In this document: piece after piece, positions 45,274 to 58,311 of the stretch
How the letters are laid out: the number at the start of each line of letters is the position of its first letter
How positions within the stretch are numbered: the first letter of the stretch is position 1
NCBI GenBank assembly: GCA_032718475.1
Contig: JAUCBJ010006595.1
Coordinates: 38,927-102,926 of the forward strand
Source: Nemertoderma westbladi
Taxonomy: Eukaryota > Animalia > Xenacoelomorpha
DNA length: 64,000 bases
Direction: 5' to 3'
The notes under the pieces: generated by a model
What the model saw: only the letters and a program-made list of their open reading frames with translations
Databases searched by the model: none
What the model was told of the DNA's origin: nothing
Translations under genes and position numbers: made by a program

Positions 45274-47619
45274 GGATGCTTGTTCACCACCATGGATGAT
45301 CTTCCACAGTAAACCCTTCCACTCTGTTTCCTAAAGGAATGCCTGTTCACCACCATGGGTGATCTTCCACAGTAAACCCTTCCACTCTGTTTCCCAAAGG
45401 AATGCCTGTTCACCACCATGGGTGATCTTCCACAGTAAACCCTTCCACTCTGTTTCCCAAAGGAATGCCTGTTCACCACCATGGGTGATCTTCCACAGTA
45501 AACCCTTCTACTCTGTTTCCCAAAGGAATGCCTGTTCACCACCATGGGTGATCTTCCACAGTAAACCCTTCCACTCTGTTCCTAAATGAATGCCTGTTCA
45601 CCACCATGGATGATCTTCCACAGTAAACCCTTCCACTCCTGTTTCCTAAAGGAATGCCTGTTCACCACCATGGGTGATCTTCCACAGTAAACCCTTCCAC
45701 TCTGTTTCCCAAAGGAATGCCTGTTCACCACCATGGGTGATCTTCCACAGTAAACCCTTCCACTCTGTTCCTAAAGGAATGCCTGTTCACCACCATGGGT
45801 GATCTTCCACAGTAAACCCTTCCACTCTGTTTCCCAAAGGAATGCCTGTTCACCACAATGGGTGATCTCCCACAGTAAACCCTTCCACTCTGTTCCTAAA
45901 GGAATGCCTGTTCACCACCATGGGTGATCTTCCACAGTAAACCCTTCCACTCTGTTTCCTAAAGGAATGCCTGTTCACCACCATGGATGATCTTCCACAG
46001 TAAACCCTTCCACTCCTGTTTCCTAAAGGAATGCCTGTTCACCACCATGGGTGATCTTCCACAGTAAACCCTTCCACTCTGTTCCTAAAGGAATGCCTGT
46101 TCACCACCATGGGTGATCTTCCACAGTAAACCCTTCCACTCTGTTTCCCAAAGGAATGCCTGTTCACCACAATGGGTGATCTTCCACAGTAAACCCTTCC
46201 ACTCTGTTCCTAAAGGAATGCCTGTTCACCACCATGGGTGATCTTCCACAGTAAACCCTTCCACTCTGTTTCCTAAAGGAATGCCTGTTCACCACCATGG
46301 GTGATCTTCCACAGTAAACCCTTCCACTCTGTTTCCCAAAGGAATGCCTGTTCACCACCATGGGTGATCTTCCACAGTAAACCCTTCCACTCTGTTTCCC
46401 AAAGGAATGCCTGTTCACCACCATGGGTGATCTTCCACAGTAAACCCTTCTACTCTGTTTCCCAAAGGAATGCCTGTTCACCACCATGGGTGATCTTCCA
46501 CAGTAAACCCTTCCACTCTGTTCCTAAAGGAATGCCTGTTCACCACCATGGATGATCTTCCACAGTAAACCCTTCCACTCCTGTTTCCTAAAGGAATGCC
46601 TGTTCACCACCATGGGTGATCTTCCACAGTAAACCCTTCCACTCTGTTTCCCAAAGGAATGCCTGTTCACCACCATGGGTGATCTTCCACAGTAAACCCG
46701 TCCACTCTGTTCCTAAAGGAATGCCTGTTCACCACCATGGGTGATCTTCCACAGTAAACCCTTCCACTCTGTTTCCCAAAGGAATGCCTGTTCACCACAA
46801 TGGGTGATCTTCCACAGTAAACCCTTCCACTCTGTTCCTAAAGGAATGCCTGTTCACCACCATGGGTGATCTTCCACAGTAAACCCTTCCACTCTGTTTC
46901 CTAAAGGAATGCCTGTTCACCACCATGGATGATCTTCCACAGTAAACCCTTCCACTCCTGTTTCCTAAAGGAATGCCTGTTCACCACCATGGGTGATCTT
47001 CCACAGTAAACCCTTCCACTCTGTTTCCCAAAGGAATGCCTGTTCACCACCATGGGTGATCTTCCACAGTAAACCCTTCCACTCTGTTCCTAAAGGAATG
47101 CCTGTTCACCACCATGGGTGATCTTCCACAGTAAACCCTTCCACTCTGTTTCCCAAAGGAATGCCTGTTCACCACAATGGGTGATCTTCCACAGTAAACC
47201 CTTCCACTCTGTTCCTAAAGGAATGCCTGTTCACCACCATGGGTGATCTTCCACAGTAAACCCTTCCACTCTGTTTCCTAAAGGAATGCCTGTTCACCAC
47301 CATGGATGATCTTCCACAGTAAACCCTTCCACTCTGTTTCTTAAAGGAATGCCTGTTCACCACCACGGGTGATCTTCCACAGTAAACCCTTCCACTCTGT
47401 TTCTTAAAGGAATGCCTGTTCACCACAATGTGTGATCTTCCACAGTAAACCCTTCCACTATGTTTCCTAAAGGAATGCCTGTTCACCACCATGGATGATC
47501 TTCCACAGTAAACCCTTCCACTATGTTTCCTAAAGGAATGCCTGTTCACTACCATGAGTGATCTTCCACGGTAAACCCTTCCACTCTGTTTCCTAAAGGA
47601 ATGCCTATTCACCACAATG
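45274..47619. repeat. 63-bp satellite array, about 37 copies
   Basis: Unit GAATGCCTGTTCACCACCATGGGTGATCTTCCACAGTAAACCCTTCCACTCTGTTTCCCAAAG, with 62- and 64-bp variants. Confidence 0.97.
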
Positions 47620-48488
47620 ATTGGTTTAATTAAGAAAGTTTAAGAGTTGAAATTCACAAAAAAATTAATTTATCTGTTCTTTAGAGCGATTATAACTTTT
47701 GGGGTTCAAGTCTCCCTCACTCACCCTAGGGCCTAATTTTATTTTTAAATTGTTACTTGACTAATAAAATACTTAATAAAATTGACTACTTAATAAAATA
47801 TGGATCGATATACAGTAGTGTTACAAAATAAAATGAATCTTAGTATTTTACTATATTGCTACCATAGTTCAAAATCGTAACAATTTAATAATAAATGAAT
47901 TTTTTAGGCCTATTTTACTTGGTATTTTTACTATTACATATAAGATCGTCCGAGTAAATTCCGAATGTTCGGACCCCCCCCCCCCCCCCACCCCCCCCAC
48001 CCCCCCTCCCTCCATATCTTCGGATGTTGTCCGAATTTACAAACGAAAAAGGTAACTATTATTATTAATTATATTATTATAGTTAATTATAATACAGTAA
48101 TATTATAATTAACACTCATCCAAATTGCATTTATTATAGCATATTATATGCTAAATATAAAAGGAGATCTCACCTCTATCCTGCAATAATTCATATTAAT
48201 GCTCGTTGCGGGCACACTGCTACTGCCGGGAGGACCTATCAGTCTGTTAAAGACCGTGTGGCATGTGCTACGGCAAACTCGTGGTTTGAACGACTAGTTA
48301 ATTACAGTACAGTACATTCCATTGATGTGTTGGGTGCTCTAAGACACGACTAGAAATTACCTACTGTACGACCTTGGAAGTGTAGTGTGTACCTGTCAGT
48401 GTGCGTTGATCCAATGATTTGGTGCAGTTTTGTTTGTGGGGCGCAAAACGCAACGGTATTGCACCATAAGGAGAGTCAAAATACGAGA

Positions 48489-48652
48489 CAGGGGGAGGGG
48501 GACTGGACGCAAATCCCATCTTGGCGAATTAATATCCCCCCTCAATGATACATTTTCAATTTAGGGAAATGAGCAGGTTACAGTGGCACGTTATTTTAAC
48601 CAAAACAATAAACTAAACACAATAGAACAGGTTACAGTTTTATTTTTGAGAG
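48489..48652. repeat. Partial copy of the MITE-like element at 49608
   Basis: Near-duplicate of 49608-49770. Confidence 0.7.
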
Positions 48653-49607
48653 TTTTATTCTATTAATAAATACACAATGTTCTAGAACATTTTGTTTATC
48701 TCATAAGTAGCTTGGCAACAATGCAATGCCTACATGATAATACTAGTATATGGATATTCATACATAATCAAAATGTTCTAGAACATTGTGTATTAATTTA
48801 ATAGAATAAATGGCCTGCAGTGGAAGCTAATACATGCAAAATTCGAATGCCAATAACTCAGCTTTTCCCAACCAAATTCAATTATTTTTACATATTTGGA
48901 ATCCTTGCATGGTCAGCTTTCCACTAATACCAACAAATCACTAAATGGTTGAAGAATAACTGCGATGTAATCTGGGCAATATCGACGGAGACACCTTTTT
49001 CAAACGCTTGTATGCTAAAGAATGAAAGCGAAAATAAAAATTCTGGCTCACCCAGCAAGGAGGAGGGAGGTGAAACTATCTCTGTTTCAAATTTCATGCA
49101 ATCTCATTACGATTTGTAAAAAAATTTGGGGGGGGGGGGGGGCAGGTACCTGAATAACGACACTATATTCCAGGACATGGTGTATACGATCATGAAAGCT
49201 GCATTCTACCATGGAATACTAAATATACATTTATACAATGTATATTTAGTATTCCATGATTCTACCTATACTACTACATTTAGTAGGCATACGTTTTTAA
49301 AATCATTTTTCATATATTTGAAGAATTTTATAATAAAAGTCTTCTAGAACATTTTTACATGATTCATTTCAATAGTAAGTATTATAATTTTGAAACAACT
49401 TATTTTAATAGCTATTTTTATATATTATTGGTAAACGCCAGTTCCACTTCGTTGGTGCTTACCTACGCCATCTCCTGGAATATTGTGTCTTAATTCAGTG
49501 ACTTGGCCACCAATTATTATTCTACAAATCTTAACGCGTCAGATTATTTATTTTCGCTTTCAATCCTTAACTACAAGCGTCTATTTAATTACTATCTATT
49601 AGGGAGA

Positions 49608-49846
49608 CAGGGGGGAAAACTGGACGCAAAACCCGTCTTGGCGAATTAATATCCCGCCTCAATGTTAAATTCACAATTTAGGGAAAGGAACAGGTTACAG
49701 TGGCATGTAATTTTAACCAAAACAATAAACTAAACACAATAGAACAGGTTACAGTTTTATTTTTGAGAGTAATCAGATGTTATTTGCGTCCAATTTCCCC
49801 TGGAGAGGGATGAATTTGTATTGCGTCCAGTTTCCACCGCCACCTG
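49608..49846. mobile_element. MITE-like element
   Basis: Imperfect TIRs GGAAAACTGGACGCAA / TTGCGTCCAGTTTCC. The interior holds one reverse-complement unit of the 39843-40402 repeat. Confidence 0.6.
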
Positions 49847-50161
49847 CAAAATAGTAATTGTTATATTCGTCCTAGACCGTCGTGGCGTGATATAAGAAAA
49901 ATTATTTTAAATTTGTTTTTAAATTTTCTGGGTTTGTTATAGGGGGGCCTACTGTAAAACTTTTTAATTGACATGTTTTCAGCCTTGGCTTAAGACTCAT
50001 TAATTAATACGACTTAAACTTAATTAAACGAATTTTCAACCTTGGCTATGGAAATCCGTTAATACAGTACGACTTTCAGTTCAGGGATTAAATCTCACTC
50101 CTAAAACGAATTTTCTTTCAACGATGAATTATCGTTAAAACGACTTTCAACCTTGTTTGCA

Positions 50162-50269
50162 AACTACTAGAATCGCCATGCTGCATTGCAGCTGCATTTT
50201 TAAGAATGTTGTGCCGGCTTATCGACAAAATTGCACCGCCACAACTCCCTATCACCCATGACATTTGCT
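50162..50269 (-). mobile_element. Short 3'-end copy of the RTE-like LINE
   Basis: Reverse complement of 52943-53056, including the TAG tail. Confidence 0.85.
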
Positions 50270-50387
50270 GTAACAATGTGTTGGCAAGCTGTCGAAACGC
50301 GTACGTGGTTTGGAGAGATGAGATATTAATTTCAGGAAAAATTACGCGATTCCTAAATTTGTACACTTCCCGGTAAAAAGTACGCAT

Positions 50388-53056
50388 GTGGTGGGATTAG
50401 TCCTACAATTAAAGCACCCCCCAACCCCCACTATGGATTACATTAGCAATGCGGAGGTCCGGCCACTAGAGGCCAGTGGAATTACCGGACACAATCGGCC
50501 TCACAGGCGTCAGATTGTGTGCTACTCTCCAACTAGTGTTGCCCCTGTAGAGGAGGTGGAAAATTTCTACCACAATCTACAAGCAGCTACTGATGGAGTG
50601 GATCAGCATGCATTCTTAACATTCCTGGGAGACTTTAATGCAAGTCTGCATCAATCACCTACATCGCCCTGGGTCTATAGCAATAGTGTTAACCGAAATT
50701 CTGTCCATCTTCAGGATTTTATCTCTGGAAATGGATTGTTTTCGGCTGGAACCCAGTTCAAGAAGCGAACTGGAAAGCTATGGACTCATAGTGGACCCAG
50801 TGGTCACAAGTCCCAGATAGACCATATTCTGTTTCGTAGGAAATACAGGAGCTCTATACAAGACTGTAATGCATTTACACTTCGACCCTTCTCCAGTGAT
50901 CACCGCCTTGTTGTGGCCAAGGTAAGACTTAGTCTGCGTGCTAGCAGAACAACGAAATCTGCCTTGCCACGGCATGACTGGTCCTCTCTGTTGCAACAGC
51001 CAAGTGTGAGATCCAGCTTCACACTACAGCTGAGCAACAGGTATGAGGCTCTTGCCTCTGAGGCGTCAGATCACTGTGAGGGCTATACTGCCTTTACAGA
51101 AGCAGTTAAGTAAGCAGCTGCAGAAACAGTTCCTGTATACCCTCGAAACAGGAAAAGGGCCCCCTGGACTGACAACAAAATTCAGAAGTGCCGAAATGAC
51201 CTTCATAAGGCGCAGAAAGAGTCCCGACTCAAACAGACTACAGCGGCCAAGAATGCAGTTAAAGCTGCATCTAGGTCCCTGAACAGGCAGTACTCTGTTA
51301 ATCTACAGGAGCTAATAAACCAACAGGTTGATGCCATCAATGATGCTGACGACAGCAGGCAATCATCCCAGGCATGGAAATCGATCAATCTGCTTACTGG
51401 GCGGAAAAGCCAACCAACCACCAAGGTTAAGGCTGAATCACCAGCCGATCGCCTCAATGGTTGGAAAGCCCACTTTGAAAAGCTCCTCAATAATGACAGG
51501 GTATTGCCTGATAACTTTATAGAAGTAAAAGTGTCTGAGTCTGTACTCCCAGATATTCCCATTGGCGATATCTCCTTTGCAGAAGTGAAGGCTGCTGCAA
51601 AGAGCATTAAGACCAATCGTGCCAGTGGAGTAGATGGTGTTCCCCCTGAGGTCTTTAAAATACCTGAGTGTTTAAAGCTCATCTATCCCATCATAGTAGA
51701 CATGTACCGTACAACAAGAGTCCCACAAGAAATGAAAACAAATAAGTTGGTGCCAGTTCCCAAGAAGGGCAACCTAACACTCTATGGTTCTTTTCGGGGA
51801 ATCTCATTGATCTCGATTGCTGCAAAACTATACAATAGAATTCTATTAAATCGCATCAGGGATCCCATTGAGAGACTGCTACGTGGAAATTAGAATGGGT
51901 TCCGTAAAGGTCGTGGGACCATGGAGCCCATTTTGGCACTTAGAAGGATAATTGAAGAGTTATCAAAAAAGAAAGACAGGCATCTGGCTGTTATCTTTGT
52001 TGACTTCTTCAAGGCCTTTGATTCAGTTTCTCGCTCACGTATACTCAGCATACTTTCATTATATGGGATTCCTGATGAATTTATTGCAGCAATCAGATCA
52101 GTATACGATGGTTCGAAAACATTTGTGTCTACTGTTGACGGTGACACAGAACCATTTGAAGTGTTATGGGGCGTTCTCCAAGGAGACACATTTGCACCAT
52201 TCTTGTTTATTATTGTGGTTGACTATGTTCTACGCATGTCCTTAGATCATCATAATGATGATGGGGTGATGATAACTCCACCTACTGGCTCCAGAAGTCG
52301 AGGAAATCCTGCCAAGTACCTAACTGATCTAGACTTTGCTGATGACTTAGGAGTACTCTCAGAATCATTAGAGGGAGCCCAGCGGCTCATCAGCTCATTA
52401 TAACATGCTGCTTCTAGTGTTGGTCTTTTTATTAACTCCAGAAAGACCAAAATTCTGACAGTTAACTTTGAAAGTCATCAGCAAGTCTCTGATCGGATGA
52501 GCATAAGCTCAAAGGATGGTATGCTTGAGCATGTGGACGACTTCTGTTACCTGGGATCATGGATCCGGAAGTCAGGTGAGGACCTTCGAATACGTAAGGG
52601 AAAGGCATGGGCAGCCTTGAATAGGCTTTCCAGGATTTGGAAGTCACCTAGAATTAATCGGAAACTTAAGGTCCGATTATTTAGAGCAGCAGTAGTTCCA
52701 GTACTCCTCTACGGGAGTCCATGCTGGGCTCTAACTGCTGAGGACACCAAATCTCTGGATGGCACATTCACAAGAATGCTACGCCGGGTACATTGTGTCA
52801 AGTACAATGCACACATCTCCAACCAGACACTATATAACATTGGAGGTGTCTCATTGGTTCCCCCAAGCTTGACACTAGAACAGCCCATGACTTTCTTGAG
52901 ACGCATCTTAAAGGACACTGGCCTTAAAGATGCGGATGATCTAGCAAATGTCATGGGTGATAGGGAGTTGTGGCGGTGCAATTTTGTTGACAAGCCGGCA
53001 CAGCATTCTTAAAAATGCAGCTGCAATGCAGCATGCCGATCCTAGTAGTAGTAGTT
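50388..53056 (+). mobile_element. RTE-like non-LTR retrotransposon (APE endonuclease + RT), inactivated
   Basis: APE motifs YSPT, LGDFNA, IDHIL, SDHRLV; RT motifs FVDFFKAFDS, GVLQGDTFAPFLF, FADD. One reading frame with stops at 51111, 51891 and 52401; (TAG)n 3' tail. The 5' boundary is approximate. Confidence 0.9.
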
Positions 53057-53654
53057 GCGCCAATAAAAGATAAGTCATTTTCGGTAAAATGAACTTATCA
53101 TTCGAGGTTAAGACCCCTAGATCCCTTCCTATAATAAATGACATTTGCTAGATCGTCACTCATCGGATGACTCAGACTCACAAATGATTACGTCATTATT
53201 GTACTGTACACCTTTACCGTTATCATTTTAGATTTAGTGATCCTGGATGTGGATCCAGGGACTTCTATTTACAATTAATATGAGACTGGCAAACAAAGTA
53301 AACACACAACAGCCGAATTAGTTTATATCTGTACTGTAATATAATTGTGCCATCAAACACACCGTAATTTATTGACTCTACCAGACAAGTACAGCAGTAA
53401 CTGCTCTAGCCTATACTCTTAGCATACTAAACTCAGATACTACACTGCAATATAATACTGTAATACATAACATAATAGGCCGAACAAACTCTGAAACTAA
53501 AATTTGAATTGTTGAAGCTAAACCGAATCGTCGTTTTCAGGTTATAACCGTACACGATACCTTACACCGTTACCTACTCCAGTACTCCAAACGCCCAGTC
53601 AGGTACTGCTGTACTGTAGTTGAAGTAAACTTCGGTAGATCTACCGACCGACTT

Positions 53655-54263
53655 ATGTCGGCTCTTCCAAATGTGTCCGACAATGTGCCGACCCACAAAC
53701 TGGTCGTTGTCGGCGACGGTGGTGTCGGTAAATCCGCCCTAACGATCCAGTTCTTCCAGAAACTCTTCGTCGCCGACTACGACCCCACCATCGAGGACTC
53801 CTACATCCAACACACCGAGGTCGACGGACACTGGTGCGTGCTGGACGTGTTGGACACGGCTGGACAGGAGGAGTTCTCTGCGATGCGGGAGCAGTACATG
53901 CGCACCGGCGACGGATTCCTGCTGGTGTATTCCGTTACCGATCGCAACAGCCACGCCAATATAAACCATTTCTATGCCCAAATTCTCCGCGTAAAGGATC
54001 GCGAAAGTTACCCAATGATCCTAGTTGCTAATAAAGTGGACCTGGTCCATCAACGGAAGGTGAGCTCCGAAGAAGGGCAGACTCTAGCCAATTCTCTCAA
54101 CGTTCGTTACATCGAAACATCCGCTAAAGATCCTCCTCTAAATGTTGACGAGGCCTTCCACGATGTTGTACGTGTGATCAGACAACAACCGCCCAGCGTA
54201 AAGGAAGACAGACAGCAGCGTCGCAGTCGGAAGAAGAAAAAACGACAATGTCTGATCCTATGA
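53655..54263 (+). CDS. MRAS: Ras-related GTPase M-Ras (R-Ras3)
   Basis: [34 protein letters not shown], the M-Ras-type [12 protein letters not shown], polybasic tail and CAAX CLIL. Confidence 0.93.
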   Translation: MSALPNVSDNVPTHKLVVVGDGGVGKSALTIQFFQKLFVADYDPTIEDSYIQHTEVDGHWCVLDVLDTAGQEEFSAMREQYMRTGDGFLLVYSVTDRNSHANINHFYAQILRVKDRESYPMILVANKVDLVHQRKVSSEEGQTLANSLNVRYIETSAKDPPLNVDEAFHDVVRVIRQQPPSVKEDRQQRRSRKKKKRQCLIL

Positions 54264-54754
54264 GAGCTTATTTAATTATTTAATTATTATAATTATATAC
54301 ATTATTATTATAGATAAACGCAGACAAGTCGAGTTACCAGTGAAGTTTATCAATTTATCCTTCGGTCTGTAAATTACATTTAAATATGCCCCCATCCCAG
54401 CATCCCCATATATATTTACCGGTATATAAATATATACATTATTAGAATTCTTGTATTTCATTGCCAGTGGTTGTAACAATTAGTTTTATCGTTAACTTAA
54501 TTAGGCCTGATACTTTATGATAAATATTTGTCTCTTGTACAGTTATATAATTTATCTATCTATGTATCCAGTCTCTATGGCTAACTGATATTGTCTTCGT
54601 GCAGAAATTGTCTTAGTCTCTGTGTCATCTGAAACTACCTCCTGTCTAATTGTCTTAAACTGTTTCCCGTCTTTGTGATAATTGAATGTACCGACATACC
54701 GGTACTGACTAACAGGGGGTTGTGGTGTATATATTAACTTTAAGGTAAACACTA

Positions 54755-54880
54755 GAGTCTTACACCCTTTAACTACAAAAAAAATATAGAATCAGGACAT
54801 TAAACCCAAAATACCTTCCAGACCCTTGGGCTTAATGTCCTGATTCTATATTTTTTTTGTAGTTAAAGGTTGTAATACTC
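54755..54880. repeat. Near-perfect ~125-bp hairpin
   Basis: CCTTTAACTACAAAAAAAATATAGAATCAGGACATTAA and its reverse complement around a short loop. Confidence 0.9.
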
Positions 54881-56119
54881 CCGTCTTTGTGACTACTATA
54901 ACTACCTCCAGTCTCTTTGACTAAATATGTAGCTTCTGGTTGAATTGTCTATAGATAACGATGGTGATTCCAGTCTCTGTGGCTACTGGCATTGACTCAA
55001 GTCTCTATATATGGTTTGATTATTGCCAGTAACTTACCGAGACAGTCGCGACAACTGAGACCAGGTCTCTGAGTCACAATATTTCTGTTTTTCTCTTTGT
55101 GTTTAACTTAAAATCTTAAAATAACGAATACTCATTCAGCCATATAGCTACTATTTGTGTTATTTTTGTTAATTACTATGTGTGAACGAACTCCTTAGTC
55201 TCGTTAACAATAGATTCTACAACCGTTAATGTTTTACTTGTACTAATTAATGATGTATCATTTGGTTCTTGTGTTTGTTATTAACTGTTATTGGATGAAG
55301 GGGAGGTAAATACAGATTATATATTGATTAATGTTATTAGTGTTCGTGTTATATTCAACTCTATGTAAATAATGAATCTCAAAAACTTACCCAGTATCAC
55401 ATTGTTATCTTTTTATATGAAATCTCGAATTCTCTCTGCGAGTTAGTCTGTAGGGAATATTTGATAAGTCAAAGCGGCAGTGTGGTTTGAAGTTGGAACA
55501 CTTTTATTAAAGAAAATGTTGTTGTAATTAAATAATAATTAATTCTCAATTGTTTGTTTAGTTTTACAATAATTGTCGGGATTCCATTAGATATTAATAC
55601 CTCATCATAATCAGATATTTCTGTTGGTTTATGAAATTATAAATATTATATTTTAACATATTAATAAAATGCAAACTAATCTTATAATAATAATAATTAA
55701 AGTCTTCCTAATAAGATTATATAATTGGTAAGATATGGGATATTAGATATTTTTTTGAGATCCAGCAATACACGTCTTGTATTTATTAAATAAAATGCAC
55801 AATTTACTTGTTGTTTCGTTATCTTTCACCTCATTTATGTTACATTTATTATAATTATATTATCGCATCATTAAACCTTTCACGGGCTTATTAAGTATTA
55901 CATATTAATATATTTATTTATGGTGTTAAATGCAGACAATCATGGCATAATATATTATAATAACGATGAAGTTAATATTTGTTTACTTTCCTTTGGATGG
56001 GCTGATATTATTATAAAGCAGTATTACTCGGTACCCCAACTCAAAGGCACAGCCGATATCAGTTTATGTGAGCGTGGGGTTGATGACATGTTGGTATTGA
56101 TCCAGTGAATTTGGATGTA

Positions 56120-56735
56120 GGACAATTCGGTCCCGGACAATTCGGTCCCAAAACACTAAATAAATGGGACCGAATTGTCCGGGACCGAATTGTCCGGGAC
56201 CGAATTGTCCTAGGACCGAATTGTCCGGGACCGAATTGTCCTAGGACCGAATTGTCCGGGACCGAATTGTCCTAGGACCGAATTGTCCGGGACCGAATTG
56301 TCCGGTTCCTGATAGCAACTTTTAGTGCATTTTTTATATTGGTGAATGTTCTAGAACATTAGTAGAGATATTAGTTATGGTAGCTAGTCTTATTTACTAG
56401 CTAGAATATTTTGAAATTTTAAAAATACTGTACTTTTTTTTATTTTTGTTATTGGTAGTGATCGAGAACATTATTATATATTATTTATTAAGGTGTAGCT
56501 AGTGTTTTTTTTTACTAGCTAGCATTTCCTTGAAATTATAAAAACACTTGTGAAAACATTGATATTTCAGAATTAGGCCTAAACTGTTGCTGATTATATT
56601 AATTACCAAAAATATTGATGATATTATAACAGTCCCTGAATGAGATCCAGCTATTACTGTATCTAGGATAATTAATAAAATAAAATTAATAGGACCGAAT
56701 TGTCCGGGACCGAATTGTCCGGACCGAATTGTCCT
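56120..56735. repeat. 15/16-bp GGGACCGAATTGTCC arrays in both orientations
   Basis: Two inverted copies at 56120-56149, about nine copies at 56166-56303 and three at ~56692-56733. Confidence 0.9.
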
Positions 56736-56886
56736 GCTTCCAGTGAATTTGTGTTTTATAAGTAAGATATTATAGGCGACACAATTTCTCATAAATATAA
56801 GTTATCTGCGATCGATGCGATTAATAATATTGAAATACTATTAAATTAATTTACCATGCTAATGCCGGTTAATGTTAATGTTTACC

Positions 56887-57826
56887 ATGCAAATGGCCCT
56901 GCTCGTTTAATATCGTTCAAATACTAAAAATACTATCGTTCAAATACTAAATATACAGTCAGATACTAATATTGGTGAGTGCAATCGAAGTAAATAAAAT
57001 ACTAAAAGGAGTTAGCACTAAATAGGGTTATTGTTTGAGAGTCGGGTGCACCAAAAAACTATCAGTGGACTAATTGTATTTGATTACGTAGAGGGAAATC
57101 TACAAAACTTATTGTTGAATTTATTATACACCAAAATAAATATTAGGTAGATAAGGGTTATGAGCGCGCTAAGGTTTCTGGCTGAAAAATCGGAATAACC
57201 TATGTAATAATGTATGAGACCTACACGGTTTTTGAAGCTTTTTGGTGCTTACTATTTCTCTTAGTAATTTCAATAGTTATACTCACCAATAATAATTTTA
57301 CATACGTAAGTATTTTAGCCAGATTTCAAACTTACTTAAATTCAACTTATGATACTATCGTTCTCCGACAACCTAATTCATACATTTATATTTGATATAG
57401 TTTATTTATATTGTCCTTCTGTGGACCACCTCATGCCTAGGTTATTCCGATTTTTCAGCCAGAAACCTTAGCGCGCTCATATCCATTATCTACCTAATAT
57501 TTATTTTGGTGCATAATAAATTCAACAATAAGTTTTGTAGATTTCCCTCTAAGTAATCAAATACAATTAGTCCACTGATAGTTTTTTGGTGCACCCGACT
57601 CTCAAACAATAACCCTATTTAGTGCTAACTCCTTTTAGTATTTTATTTATTTCGATTGCACTCACCAATATTAGTATCTGACTGTATATTTAATATTTGA
57701 ACGATAGTACAGTATTTGTAGTGTTTGAACGATATGCATGTTTGTAACTACTCCATACCCATTTTCAACCCGCACAAGGTGACGCGCTTTCTCATTTTTT
57801 CCGCTTCTGAGCAGGGCCATTTGCAT
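56887..57826. mobile_element. Foldback/MITE-like element with ~290-bp inverted arms
   Basis: ~56910-57201 is the reverse complement of ~57438-57735. Outer inverted repeat ATGCAAATGGCCCTGCTC / GAGCAGGGCCATTTGCAT. Confidence 0.8.
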
Positions 57827-58191
57827 TGCATCATTAATTACAGTCTCCAATTTATTTATTTAATAATTTATCCGATAGCAGAGTAAAACAGTCCTACAAT
57901 CTCTCTTGAGTTGTTCGCAGATTCAAATTATTCAATACGTGAAAGCTATCTTTATAAAAGCCTATTTATTACCTTTCCACTAACTAAGAAAGAGTTAAAT
58001 ACGATTGAATATGACAAAATAGGCCTATATTTATGTGTTTGCTCACTGAATTAATTTCTGAATAAAATAATATGCATCATATAAAGAGACAAGCAATGTA
58101 ATTTCCAAAAGCAATGTTTTCGAGTTAGCACTTTATAAATCCTGCTGTCGCGAAATCCGTATTTTCGTTTTTCCAGGTCTGTCTTTTACCT

Positions 58192-58311
58192 GAGACGCTA
58201 GCTGAATGGTTAGAGCGTCAGACTTCCAACCCGGAGGTCACCAGTTCGATCCCACCTGGACGTCATTGCCGACTTTGCAAAAGCTGTGCCCAACAAAAAG
58301 TTATAATAATA
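58192..58311 (+). mobile_element. tRNA-derived SINE (head resembles tRNA-Gly TCC)
   Basis: A box TAGCTGAATGG, B box GTTCGATCC, loop CTTCCAA, and a non-tRNA tail ending (ATA)n that is shared with the copy at 59426. Confidence 0.8.

Noticed and set aside
45274-47619. CRISPR-like array, or 21-aa repeat proteins (ORFs at 45171, 46164, 47169)
   Set aside because: There are no unique spacers and no cas genes, and the context is eukaryotic. The ORFs arise from the 63-bp period and are broken by 62- and 64-bp units.
48870-49012. Inverted similarity with ~58381-58545 as the ends of one large transposon
   Set aside because: The copies are diverged and no TSD or transposase was seen. Two members of a dispersed repeat family is the simpler explanation.
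58192-58265. Functional tRNA-Gly gene
   Set aside because: The T-arm and acceptor stem pair poorly, and a non-tRNA tail is shared with a second copy, which fits a SINE.
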